Source: Candidatus Saccharimonadota bacterium
GTDB taxonomy: Bacteria; Patescibacteriota; Saccharimonadia; Saccharimonadales; JAQGHD01
Reading direction: 5' to 3'
Length of the DNA: 64,000 nucleotides
NCBI GenBank assembly: GCA_028288965.1
Contig: JAQGHD010000023.1
Coordinates: 7,249-71,248 of the forward strand
Shown: positions 47,115 to 56,084 of the stretch, in pieces
How the letters are laid out: every line of letters starts with the position of its first letter
Position numbering within the stretch: position 1 is the first letter of the stretch
Program-made: the position numbers and the translations under genes
The notes under the pieces: generated by a model
Database searches by the model: none
Seen by the model: only the letters and a program-made list of their open reading frames with translations
Told to the model about the DNA's origin: nothing

Positions 47115-49072
47115 AGCTTAGACTTGATGTCCTCAATGGTGTCACGCAGATCAGCGGCTTTTTCGAATTGTAGGTTGGCAGCGGCTAGTTCCATTTGAGA
47201 CGACAAGTCTTTTATGAGGTGGCCATACTCGTCCTTGGGAATTTTCTTCAAATTGATCTTGGGCTTTTCATCTTCGGGCAGATCAGGCCGCATGCCCTTT
47301 TCAATCGCTTTAGCAATGCCCTGCGGAGTAATACCATGCTTGGTATTGTAAGCTTCTTGAATTTTGCGGCGGCGGTTGGTTTCATCAATGGTGCGCTTCA
47401 TGCTACCGGTTACGTGATCGGCATACATAATTACGCGACCTTCAATGTGCCGAGCTGCCCGGCCAACAGTCTGGATGAGCGCCTGTTCGCTACGCAAAAA
47501 ACCTTCTTTATCGGCATCTAAAATGGTCACCAGGCTGACTTCAGGCAAATCCAGGCCTTCGCGCAGTAGATTGATACCGACCACCACGTCGTACACACCC
47601 AGACGGAGATCGCGCAGTATATCGGTTCGATCTAAAGTGTCCACATCACTGTGCAGGTAAGTTACTTTAATTTGGAGTTCGGCTAAGTATTCGGTGAGAT
47701 CCTCGGCCATACGCTTGGTTAAGGTGGTGACCAGGACGCGTTGGTGCTTGGCTACCGTATCTTTTATTTCAGCCAGCAGATCATCTACCTGGCCATCTAC
47801 CGGGCGAACCTCAATGACCGGATCAATTAAGCCGGTAGGACGAATAACCTGCTGGGCGGGCTCTGGACTACGGCTGAGCTCATATTCAGCGGGCGTGGCA
47901 CTGACGTAAACCGTTTGATTGACATGCCGTTCGAACTCCGTGAAAGTCAGTGGCCGGTTATCTAAGGCGCTCGGCAAGCGAAAACCGTGTTCCACCAACA
48001 CTTCTTTACGGGCTCGGTCACCGTTATACATGCCTCGTACCTGCGGAATGCTCATGTGACTTTCGTCTATAAACATCAGATAGTCATCCGGAAAGTAATC
48101 GAGTAAGGTGGCCGGCTGTTCACCGGGCTCACGGTTGGTTAGGTAGCGACTATAGTTCTCAATACCTTTTACAAAACCGGTTTCTTCCATCATTTCTATA
48201 TCAAAACGGGTGCGCTGCTGCAGGCGCTGAGCCTCTAGTAACAGGCCGTGTTTATTAAACCAGGCCAGGCGCTCCTCTAACTCCGCTTCTATTTTACCGA
48301 TGGCTGCTCTAAGTTTTTGTTCTGGCGTAACATAGTGACTACTGGGAAAGATTTTTAGTTGGGATAAGGTTTGGAGCACTTCGCCAGTAAGTGGGTTGAG
48401 TTTAGTAATGCGCTCTACTTCATCGCCAAACAGCTCAATTCGGTAAGCCACTTCTTCGCCGGCTGGAAAAACGTCCACCACATCCCCACGCACCCGAAAT
48501 GTACCCCGGTGAAAATCAATATCATTACGCTGATACTGGATATCGGTGAGATGTCGTAACAATTTGTCGCGGCGGCGGACTTCGCCTTGAGTAACCTTCA
48601 CAGCCATACCATCATAATCTTCTACCGAGCCAATACCGTAAATACAGCTCACACTGGCCACAATAATCACATCTCGTCGGCTTAATAAGCTGTCAGTGGC
48701 GGCGTGTCGCAGCCGATCAATTTCTTCGTTAATCTGACTGTCTTTTTCTATGTAGGTGTCAGAGCGCGGAATATAGGCTTCTGGTTGGTAGTAATCAAAA
48801 TAGCTCACAAAATAATGTACGGCGTTGTCAGGAAAAAAACTTTTGAATTCACCATACAGCTGGGCGGCCAGGGTTTTATTATGGCTGAGCACCAAGGTGG
48901 GCTTTTGGACGTTTTGAATAACGTTGGCCATGGAAAAGGTTTTGCCCGAGCCGGTAACACCCAGCAGCACCTGCTCCTTTAACCCGTCGTTAACACCTTT
49001 GGTCAACTGAGCAATGGCCTTGGGCTGATCACCTGTTGGTTTGTACTTGGCCTGTAACTTGAATGGACCCAT
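47111..49072 (-). CDS. uvrB: Excinuclease ABC subunit B
   Basis: The 653-aa ORF has Walker [10 protein letters not shown], a DESH box ([11 protein letters not shown]), helicase C motifs and a C-terminal UVR domain ([15 protein letters not shown]). Confidence 0.95.
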   Translation of the reverse strand: MGPFKLQAKYKPTGDQPKAIAQLTKGVNDGLKEQVLLGVTGSGKTFSMANVIQNVQKPTLVLSHNKTLAAQLYGEFKSFFPDNAVHYFVSYFDYYQPEAYIPRSDTYIEKDSQINEEIDRLRHAATDSLLSRRDVIIVASVSCIYGIGSVEDYDGMAVKVTQGEVRRRDKLLRHLTDIQYQRNDIDFHRGTFRVRGDVVDVFPAGEEVAYRIELFGDEVERITKLNPLTGEVLQTLSQLKIFPSSHYVTPEQKLRAAIGKIEAELEERLAWFNKHGLLLEAQRLQQRTRFDIEMMEETGFVKGIENYSRYLTNREPGEQPATLLDYFPDDYLMFIDESHMSIPQVRGMYNGDRARKEVLVEHGFRLPSALDNRPLTFTEFERHVNQTVYVSATPAEYELSRSPEPAQQVIRPTGLIDPVIEVRPVDGQVDDLLAEIKDTVAKHQRVLVTTLTKRMAEDLTEYLAELQIKVTYLHSDVDTLDRTDILRDLRLGVYDVVVGINLLREGLDLPEVSLVTILDADKEGFLRSEQALIQTVGRAARHIEGRVIMYADHVTGSMKRTIDETNRRRKIQEAYNTKHGITPQGIAKAIEKGMRPDLPEDEKPKINLKKIPKDEYGHLIKDLSSQMELAAANLQFEKAADLRDTIEDIKSKL

Positions 49073-49098
49073 CGTTATATTGTATCAGCCGACGGACA

Positions 49099-49863
49099 CT
49101 ATGATGAGAACAGCTTAATTGACTTAAGCACCGGGGTAGCTTCTTTCACTTCTGCCGAGTCAAAAAACTTTCTCGTAACATTCTGGGTATCATCCTTACC
49201 TTCTACATACACTGTCAGATTTCCGTTCTTTTCACAATTGATTTCGTCCCATGGGTAAATAACGGCACCAATAAAGGTGCCGGTTTTTATGGCAGAACCA
49301 TCTATATTGTTACTAATATCAATAAAGTATTTAGTTGCTCCACCGTTACTCAGGGAAGCCGTAAGACTAGCAGTATAAAAATACACCGGTTTAGTGGTTG
49401 AACTATTAGGCAGCTTTTCGCTTGTCAGAGTTTGTAGGGTTGAACAAGTTTGAGTAGTGTGTGCGCCGTTTTCTCCGCTGGCACAGTCGCCACCCTTACC
49501 GCCAAAATCAGGTCCAAAATGCACTTTGGTACCGGCTGGTGATGTTACCACAACATCGCCCTCTGTGCCGCCCCTGCCTTGGTCTGATAAGTTCTCAGAT
49601 ATTGCCCAATTTGCCGGATATGAGAAGCTAAAACCATGTTCATCATTCTTATACTCTTTAAGCTCACCTGCTTTGGTAACAGTAGCCTTTTTGGCAGAAC
49701 CACCGACGGCAAGATTATTACTCGCTGCTGAGTTTAAGGACGTATTGGTACTATTGCGCGCTTGTATAACGAACCAACCAACAAAACCAATGATGGTCAT
49801 TATCACTAATACCAATATAATTTCCACCGAGCTAAAGCCAGTTTGACTTGATCGAGTCCTCAT
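49099..49863 (-). CDS. Type IV pilin-like (class III signal peptide) protein with non-pilin C-terminal domain
   Basis: The N-terminus MRTRSSQTG/FSSVEIILVLVIMTIIGFVGWFV has a prepilin peptidase site (G|F), Glu at +5 and a hydrophobic alpha1 helix. The remaining ~210 aa are Ser/Thr/Gly-rich and globular. Confidence 0.7.
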   Translation of the reverse strand: MRTRSSQTGFSSVEIILVLVIMTIIGFVGWFVIQARNSTNTSLNSAASNNLAVGGSAKKATVTKAGELKEYKNDEHGFSFSYPANWAISENLSDQGRGGTEGDVVVTSPAGTKVHFGPDFGGKGGDCASGENGAHTTQTCSTLQTLTSEKLPNSSTTKPVYFYTASLTASLSNGGATKYFIDISNNIDGSAIKTGTFIGAVIYPWDEINCEKNGNLTVYVEGKDDTQNVTRKFFDSAEVKEATPVLKSIKLFSS

Positions 49864-49876
49864 GTAAGTATCTCCA

Positions 49877-50521
49877 TCAGTGAGCTTCCTTTTTCTTGTG
49901 GTCTTCTAAGAACCAAAAACTATTACGTTTGAGCTCTTTGTTGACATCGGCAAATTCTTTGTCCAGCAGAGCTACCATACGCGCCATAAGATTCTCGGGA
50001 TTATCATCATAGATGATCAAATGATCTCTGGGTGGCTGCAGTACTTTCATGAGTGATGGAATAATATCAGCCGCTCCACCACTATTGGTAAGCACGCCAA
50101 CTGGCTTATAGGCTTCGAGAGCTGTTACAAATTCGTGCAAACTGCCAAACCCACCTCCAACAGTAATAACGGCGTCGGAGGACTGAATTAAGAAGGTATC
50201 TCGGCCAACGTAATCCAGCCCGGTGTAATTAACAAAATCAAAATATCGTCTAGGCAAGCGGTACTTGCGAATATGCTCACGAACACTGCTAGCGGGAGAG
50301 AAGCCAATGCTTGTACCACCAGCGTCTTTGGCCCCTTTTGCAGCGAAATAGGGCAGCCCTACCGTTGCACCAGTAGTCAAGATGTGTCCGTGTTTGGCGA
50401 TTGAGGCTCCAAGCCGCTCAGCTAACTGCTTATCAGCGTCCACGGTGGTCCCGTTATGGGCTCCTGATATGCAAATAGAGTATTGCAATCTTTGGCTGTT
50501 GTCTGGATCAACTAAACTCAT
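49877..50521 (-). CDS. LOG / TIGR00725-type Rossmann-fold protein (SLOG superfamily)
   Basis: The 214-aa ORF has TTGATVGLPYFAAKGAKDAGGTSIGFSP and VGGGFGSLHEF, which correspond to the two Gly-rich LOG motifs (GGGxGxM-like and PGGxGTxxE-like). Confidence 0.65.
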   Translation of the reverse strand: MSLVDPDNSQRLQYSICISGAHNGTTVDADKQLAERLGASIAKHGHILTTGATVGLPYFAAKGAKDAGGTSIGFSPASSVREHIRKYRLPRRYFDFVNYTGLDYVGRDTFLIQSSDAVITVGGGFGSLHEFVTALEAYKPVGVLTNSGGAADIIPSLMKVLQPPRDHLIIYDDNPENLMARMVALLDKEFADVNKELKRNSFWFLEDHKKKEAH

Positions 50522-51791
50522 AAGCTTCCACCATTAGTTGTTCGGTCTCGGTCATATGATTGTCAAGCTGCTCCAACACCTGTTCTTTTAGTGGCGGCTC
50601 GTCCATGTAGCGCATGAATAGCTCATCCCACAATGCTGAGCTTAAATGATAGGTGGCTTGCTTGCCGTAGGGCAAATTATTGCAGTAGCTTATGGCCAGA
50701 TCGAGTAAGTTTAGCGACAATACTTTTTTGCCGTCCATCACCCCAACGTAATCCAGCCCTTGCCAAAACTTTATGGCCGGCACTACCTTGGTCATGATTT
50801 CTTCGGCATGACGCCAGTGAAGATCTTCTGGCTGGACGTGCGGTTCAAACAACTCCGGATGCTGCTTAGGGCTCGTTTTGCCGAAGTAATGATGCACAAC
50901 GCGCCAGTGGACTTGCTGATCAGCCATGGTAATCGAGGCCGTGTGCTCGTCGGCCAATGCCCGGGCCACAATTTCTCCAAAGTTTGGCGTTACGTGCTGA
51001 AGTTTAGTAAAGGTACTATAGGTCCGAATTTCGCTGACATAGTGCAGTATTAAGGGAAAAGCAACCAGGGCCAGGCCCGGCAAATTTTTAACAGGCAGGG
51101 GCAAGATTGCCACCAGTCCGGCCTCTCGAACCAGCACCACATTATGATGTTGGCGTAGCAAATAATTTTGGGCGGCCTTGCCCCAACGCTTGGTATCCAG
51201 CACAGCAACGTGTACATCTCGTGTTTCAAAATCACTAGCCGTCAGCGACTTATAGCTAGAGGTAAAACTAGCCTGCCAACGCTTGCTTTCTAATATTTGC
51301 GCCGCTGCGCAAAGCTCGTCTATACGTTCACGCTTTAATAAAGAATCGATTGATTTGTAGCCCAGATATTTCATGACCGCTTTGGGCGGCTTGGATTTGA
51401 GCAGCTTCTTAAGTGTGCTGTGTTTGATTGCCCAGCAATTTCTCGCTAGTTTTAAACTATCTATTTCGTTCTTGATCTTTGCCAGAATCTCATCGGTGCT
51501 GGAGTTGCGCGTGCATTCTAAAGCACCAAGCAGTAGCTCGTCGTGCTGCTTAATCGTGTCTAGCAATGCGGCGTATAACTCCGGGGGCGTTGTATCGTTT
51601 GGATCAAGTCCTAAAGACGTGGTAACAGCACGCATTTTACTAATGATTTCAGCCACCAACCGCACATCGATATCGGGGTGTCCACTGGCAGTTTCAAGAT
51701 TACGCAATGAGGTCGTAAACAAAGGTTCTTTAGCACCCAACAACTGAGAGAGCATTCTCGCCATAATTAAGCTTAAGCGTAGCATAAACAA
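50508..51791 (-). CDS. Hypothetical protein (427 aa), no recognisable domain
   Basis: This long clean ORF overlaps the downstream LOG-like gene by 14 nt. The start is uncertain (TTG 51791, ATG 51785 or ATG 51764), and none has a clear Shine-Dalgarno. It has no TM segment and no motif I can name. Confidence 0.6.
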   Translation of the reverse strand: MFMLRLSLIMARMLSQLLGAKEPLFTTSLRNLETASGHPDIDVRLVAEIISKMRAVTTSLGLDPNDTTPPELYAALLDTIKQHDELLLGALECTRNSSTDEILAKIKNEIDSLKLARNCWAIKHSTLKKLLKSKPPKAVMKYLGYKSIDSLLKRERIDELCAAAQILESKRWQASFTSSYKSLTASDFETRDVHVAVLDTKRWGKAAQNYLLRQHHNVVLVREAGLVAILPLPVKNLPGLALVAFPLILHYVSEIRTYSTFTKLQHVTPNFGEIVARALADEHTASITMADQQVHWRVVHHYFGKTSPKQHPELFEPHVQPEDLHWRHAEEIMTKVVPAIKFWQGLDYVGVMDGKKVLSLNLLDLAISYCNNLPYGKQATYHLSSALWDELFMRYMDEPPLKEQVLEQLDNHMTETEQLMVEAYEFS

Positions 51792-51814
51792 TTGGAGCTG
51801 GCCAGGTACTGCCT

Positions 51815-52489
51815 ATGCTTAAATTGAATGGATGCCGTATACTGGCGAGCATGAACAATTTAACCTCCACCCAAACCATGGCACGGGTTGCAGCTAATGC
51901 GTTGCCAATCTATCGGGGGTATAGAGGCTTTGCTACAGCCGAGCGACTTAAGAGCGATATGCAAGATCCAGCTGATCGTACCTGGCAGTTTGCCAGAAGA
52001 GTCGCTTTTGATGCCTCCACAGATATGGCAGACGGTGTGTTGGCGCGCATTGCTGGTGCTACAATATTGGGTGGCTTTCTTGATCAAATGGCCGATAAGT
52101 TTTGGTATCATTTACCCGTTCGTCAACTGGTCAAAAATGGCGAACTTTCACATTATCATGAAGATCTACCGCTCAGCCGGGATATAGGCGGTACCGCCAT
52201 TCGTCTATGGAAGTTAAGCCAGGGCCGGTCTGCCGATGCTAAGCGCTCGGGTAAAGATAAGTACATTATTCAGGCAACCGCTTTGACAAGCATTTGCTCG
52301 CCGATGGCAGTCATTGCGCCCGATTTAGTTCGCTCACTGTTTGACATTTCGGTTGGACTATCCGTAGTAAGTGGTTATGAAATGCTGCGTGATGTAAACA
52401 ACATTCTAGATGAGTATTCTGCCGAAGTCCCCGTGCTGCAAACAGTTAGTCGATTACTTGACTCCCAACTAGATGCCATAGCCGCCTAA
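51815..52489 (+). CDS. CDP-alcohol phosphatidyltransferase family homologue (atypically hydrophilic)
   Basis: DGVLARIAGATILGGFLDQMADK at nt 52031-52096 fits D-G-x2-A-R-x7-G-x3-D-x3-D, which is the family signature with one residue fewer in the spacer. Downstream similarity to PgsA-type proteins is also visible (GGTAIRLWKL..GKDKYIIQATAL). The hydrophobic segments look weaker than in typical family members. ATG 51851 is an alternative start. Confidence 0.55.
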   Translation: MLKLNGCRILASMNNLTSTQTMARVAANALPIYRGYRGFATAERLKSDMQDPADRTWQFARRVAFDASTDMADGVLARIAGATILGGFLDQMADKFWYHLPVRQLVKNGELSHYHEDLPLSRDIGGTAIRLWKLSQGRSADAKRSGKDKYIIQATALTSICSPMAVIAPDLVRSLFDISVGLSVVSGYEMLRDVNNILDEYSAEVPVLQTVSRLLDSQLDAIAA

Positions 52490-53484
52490 AGGCGCTTTGG
52501 ATGATACCATTGTGGTGCCTCTTTTAAGAGGTGCGCCAACTGATGTTCGGTAAGCAGTCCGCGCTGAGCTCCCACTTGCTGGACTACGCTCATAGCGTTA
52601 ATCGGCGCCCACTGCAAGGCACCTTCTATGTTGCTGCCCTTCATGAGTGCCCCAACAAAAGTAGCCGAGAAAGCATCTCCGGCACCCGTTCGCTCAAATG
52701 GCGGCTTAGGATCAGGGTAGTTTGGCATTTGATAACGGCCCTCGGGTCCACTGGCGTAAGCTCCTCTTGGCCCATCAGTTATAACTACAATTTTTGGACC
52801 AAGTGCATGCAAATGATCAAACAAATTGTTTACATCTTCGTGCTTGCCGCCGCCAACCACGACGGCTTCTTCGCGGTTAAGTAGTAACACCTCAGTTTGT
52901 TTATAAATGCGCTCTAAGCGCTTGGCGCCAGCTTGCATCTGAAAAGTACCCGGTTGAAAGGCCAACTTTACCTCAGGATGCTTCTCCAGCCAATCGGCCA
53001 CATCATCATGAAAATCAATGGCGTTTTTGCTAATCGAACTAAAGTATAGCCACTGGGGAATCTCATTTGGTCGGAGGTGTGGCCAGTAATATTCATATTC
53101 TTCGTGCTTAATTAAAATAGTGCGCTCATCTTTGTACCACAGCACATAGTGATAATTGCTAATCTTATGTGGGTTGATTCGTACAAACCGGCTATCTACT
53201 TCATTGTCGTGCAAAGCATCGATCATGTCCCGGCCATACTTATCGCTGCCCACATTAGCTACCAAACCGCTTCCAAAACCAAGCCGAGCAAAGCATACAG
53301 CTGCATTGGCCGAGTTGCCAACGGCCTCGATCACCTCAGCATGGTCAAATGGTACCTTGGTGGCAAAAGGTAAACTCAAGCGGAGGCCTTTTTCAGTCTG
53401 GATAACCTGCCCCTCATTATCGAGCAGCTTTATAAAGGCATCGGTAACTATATCGCCCACACTTAGTACATCTAATGTCTTCAT
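52486..53484 (-). CDS. PfkB-family carbohydrate (sugar / sugar-phosphate) kinase
   Basis: The 332-aa ORF has an N-terminal VGDIVTDAF motif, a GNSANAAV region and the C-terminal catalytic signature TGAGDAFSATFVGAL. The substrate cannot be determined from sequence. Confidence 0.8.
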   Translation of the reverse strand: MKTLDVLSVGDIVTDAFIKLLDNEGQVIQTEKGLRLSLPFATKVPFDHAEVIEAVGNSANAAVCFARLGFGSGLVANVGSDKYGRDMIDALHDNEVDSRFVRINPHKISNYHYVLWYKDERTILIKHEEYEYYWPHLRPNEIPQWLYFSSISKNAIDFHDDVADWLEKHPEVKLAFQPGTFQMQAGAKRLERIYKQTEVLLLNREEAVVVGGGKHEDVNNLFDHLHALGPKIVVITDGPRGAYASGPEGRYQMPNYPDPKPPFERTGAGDAFSATFVGALMKGSNIEGALQWAPINAMSVVQQVGAQRGLLTEHQLAHLLKEAPQWYHPKRL

Positions 53485-53492
53485 TTGGCTCC

Positions 53493-54404
53493 TCAGACCT
53501 GTGCCTTATCGTGCGCATTAAACATTTTGAGTTTGCTCTCTACTACTTCTTGAACAGCATCAATGACCTGGCCCATGAGCTTTACAACTGCGTACTCGGT
53601 CTTGTTGGCTGCCAGGACGTCTTCCAGTGTTTTGCGGTAAGCCAAACGCATATCTGAATTGATATTTATCTTGCTGACACCGATTTTAACGGCCTCAACA
53701 AAATAGTGGCCTGGGGTACCGCTGCCGCCGTGCAAGGAAATGTTGCAGTCGATAGCTTGGCGAATTTGCTTAAGCAGTTCAATGTCGAGTATTTTGGGAG
53801 TTGGGTAAGCGCCGTGGAGGTTACCAATGGCAGCCGCGTAAGTATCTATGCCAGTGGCCTCTACAAAAGCTTTAGCTCCCTCTGGCGTACTAAAGGTCTT
53901 TTTAACTTCGGCATAGTCAAATTTCTCGGTGTGCACATTACTACTACCCTGGAAATAGTGTGGTTCGGCCTCTACCAGAGCGCCCGTCAGTTTGGCGTAT
54001 TGGACCACTTCTTTGGTCAGCGAGATAATAGCTTCATCGCTGGCGTTATGATCGGCCTGGGACACATCTATATGAATAAATTCAAATCCCGCCTCAATAC
54101 CAGCTTTAGCGTCTTTTACAGATGGTGAGTGGTCAAGATTGATGTACATTTCAACCTGATATTTAGCCTTGTAGTTATCAACCATATCCCGGATGTTATC
54201 GAGTCCCATGGCGTCAACTTCACCTTGGCTGACTTCCACTAACACTGGAGCCTTCAATTTGGCGGCCGCACGGGCCACAGCAATCAACGTTTCTTGGTTG
54301 TCCAGGTTAAACGCCCCCAGGGCAAAATGCTCGCGACGGGCTCGGACAAACGCCCCGCGGGCCTTTTGGCAGTTTTCACGGACTTGACGTATGGTTAAAG
54401 GCAT
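53493..54404 (-). CDS. fba: Class II fructose-/tagatose-bisphosphate aldolase
   Basis: The 303-aa ORF contains ALGAFN, the LDHS zinc region, IHIDVS and LHGGSGTP, which are class II FBA family signatures. Confidence 0.88.
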   Translation of the reverse strand: MPLTIRQVRENCQKARGAFVRARREHFALGAFNLDNQETLIAVARAAAKLKAPVLVEVSQGEVDAMGLDNIRDMVDNYKAKYQVEMYINLDHSPSVKDAKAGIEAGFEFIHIDVSQADHNASDEAIISLTKEVVQYAKLTGALVEAEPHYFQGSSNVHTEKFDYAEVKKTFSTPEGAKAFVEATGIDTYAAAIGNLHGAYPTPKILDIELLKQIRQAIDCNISLHGGSGTPGHYFVEAVKIGVSKININSDMRLAYRKTLEDVLAANKTEYAVVKLMGQVIDAVQEVVESKLKMFNAHDKAQV

Positions 54405-54471
54405 TTCCCACCCTTTATGTTTGCTAAAACTTGCTTATGGTTTCAAGCATACCATATAATGCTAGCCAAAG

Positions 54472-55113
54472 ATGCTATCAAAACTAAAAAAAATTCACTT
54501 TGAGCGTCAGCAAATCAAGCTGGCGTTACTTTGGGCGGTACCAACGGGCCTGGAAGTCTTTGTTTACATTTTTGTTGCCATTGTAACAGTTACCGTCTGT
54601 AACCTCAGCTTCTTTAAACAGAGCCTGTTTATCCCAAATAACCTCAACCCTTATAACTCTACACTTGATTCCATTAACCAGCTTGTCCAAAAAATCTTTG
54701 GCGAGCGTATTGCCGGTTCCTTGAGCCTGGGTATTTTCTGGGGACTGGTCGGTATGATTGTTTACGTCATTATTTGGCTGCTGCAAAACTTTTCTACCGA
54801 ACTTAATAACGATTTAGCCATGACCAAGTATATTGTGCCGCGCGGCGGTGATCCGGAATCGCCAATTAGAAGTTTTTTGTCACTGAGTTTGTTCCGTTTC
54901 ATGATACTGCTCTTGTTTATTTTTTACGTAAACCTTGTTTTTAGGGCGCTGCTACCCCGTTGGTTACAGCACTACCAAGGTCTGACGCACAATTGGCCAC
55001 ATAGCCGATATATGTGGGGCGCAGTATTTAGCATGATAGGGCAAATCATTACCCTGCATGGCTTTGTGGTCTTTACGCGACTCTTATTCCTACGAAAACG
55101 AATCTTTGGCTAG
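54472..55113 (+). CDS. Polytopic membrane protein of unknown function
   Basis: The 213-aa ORF has four or more hydrophobic helices (for example LALLWAVPTGLEVFVYIFVAIVTV, GIFWGLVGMIVYVIIWLL and FMILLLFIFYVNLVF). Confidence 0.6.
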   Translation: MLSKLKKIHFERQQIKLALLWAVPTGLEVFVYIFVAIVTVTVCNLSFFKQSLFIPNNLNPYNSTLDSINQLVQKIFGERIAGSLSLGIFWGLVGMIVYVIIWLLQNFSTELNNDLAMTKYIVPRGGDPESPIRSFLSLSLFRFMILLLFIFYVNLVFRALLPRWLQHYQGLTHNWPHSRYMWGAVFSMIGQIITLHGFVVFTRLLFLRKRIFG

Positions 55114-56084
55114 GCTTTTTTTACGAGATCGTGGGCGGCAATCATAATGTGCTTGGCAGTCAGGCCAAAGTGCTCGAGTAACTCAGCTGGTTCACCAGAT
55201 TCCCCAAACCTGTCTCGCATGCCCAAACGCTTAATTGGCACCGGAAATTCTTCGCCTAAAAGTTCCGCGACTGCTCCTCCAAGCCCACCGTTAATCTGGG
55301 CCTCTTCTATTGTCAAAACGTGTTTGGTCTTGTGAACGCTTTTTAAAATAGTTACGCCGTCTAGCGGCTTAATTGTTGGGACATGGACCACCTCAGCATC
55401 AATACCGGTGCTAAATAGGCGCTCGGCAGCAATCAAGGCGTGATAGGTCATAGTCCCGGTGCTAATAATGGTGAGGTCCGTGCCTTCGGCATAGACATAG
55501 GCCTTACCGATTTCAAACGGCGTGTCTTTAGTGGTTAGAATAGGCGTGGCTTCGCGGGCTACCCGTAAATAGTTTGGCCGCTTGTCTATGGCCATAGCCA
55601 GCGTGGCTTTCTCGGACTCTAGACTATCTCCCGGCACAATCACCACCATATTTGGCAGCACCCGCATCAGCGCAATATCCTCGAGCATTTGGTGGGTAGC
55701 GCCATCGGCACCAGTGTATAAACCAGCGTGCGAACCAATAATCTTTACTGGCCGATCATTTAAACAAATAGTGGTCCTGATCTGCTCCCAGTTACGACCC
55801 GGACTAAAAGCTGCGTAGGACGATACAAATGGAATTTTACCTTGAGCAGCTAACCCGGAGCCAACCGTCACTAAGTTTTGCTCAGCAACGCCTACTTGCA
55901 CAAACCGCTCCGGAAAGGCATCGGCAAACATATTAATTTGGGTAGAACTAGTCAGATCGGCACAGAGCGCTACGACTCGTTCGTCTCGACGACCGGCTTC
56001 CAGTAGCCCCCGTCCAAAACCTTTTCTAATGGGGTCATAGTCGGGTTTGTGGTAAATATTGGTGGCCAGGTGTAAATCACTCAT
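55110..56084 (-). CDS. Transketolase, C-terminal (pyrimidine-binding + C-terminal domain) subunit
   Basis: From ATG 56084 the protein reads MSDLHLATNIYHKPDYDPIRKGFGRGL, followed by CADLTSST, FVQVGVAEQNLV and GADGATHQMLEDIA. The ORF-track extension to 56252 lies inside the upstream subunit gene and is rejected. Confidence 0.9.
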   Translation of the reverse strand: MSDLHLATNIYHKPDYDPIRKGFGRGLLEAGRRDERVVALCADLTSSTQINMFADAFPERFVQVGVAEQNLVTVGSGLAAQGKIPFVSSYAAFSPGRNWEQIRTTICLNDRPVKIIGSHAGLYTGADGATHQMLEDIALMRVLPNMVVIVPGDSLESEKATLAMAIDKRPNYLRVAREATPILTTKDTPFEIGKAYVYAEGTDLTIISTGTMTYHALIAAERLFSTGIDAEVVHVPTIKPLDGVTILKSVHKTKHVLTIEEAQINGGLGGAVAELLGEEFPVPIKRLGMRDRFGESGEPAELLEHFGLTAKHIMIAAHDLVKKA

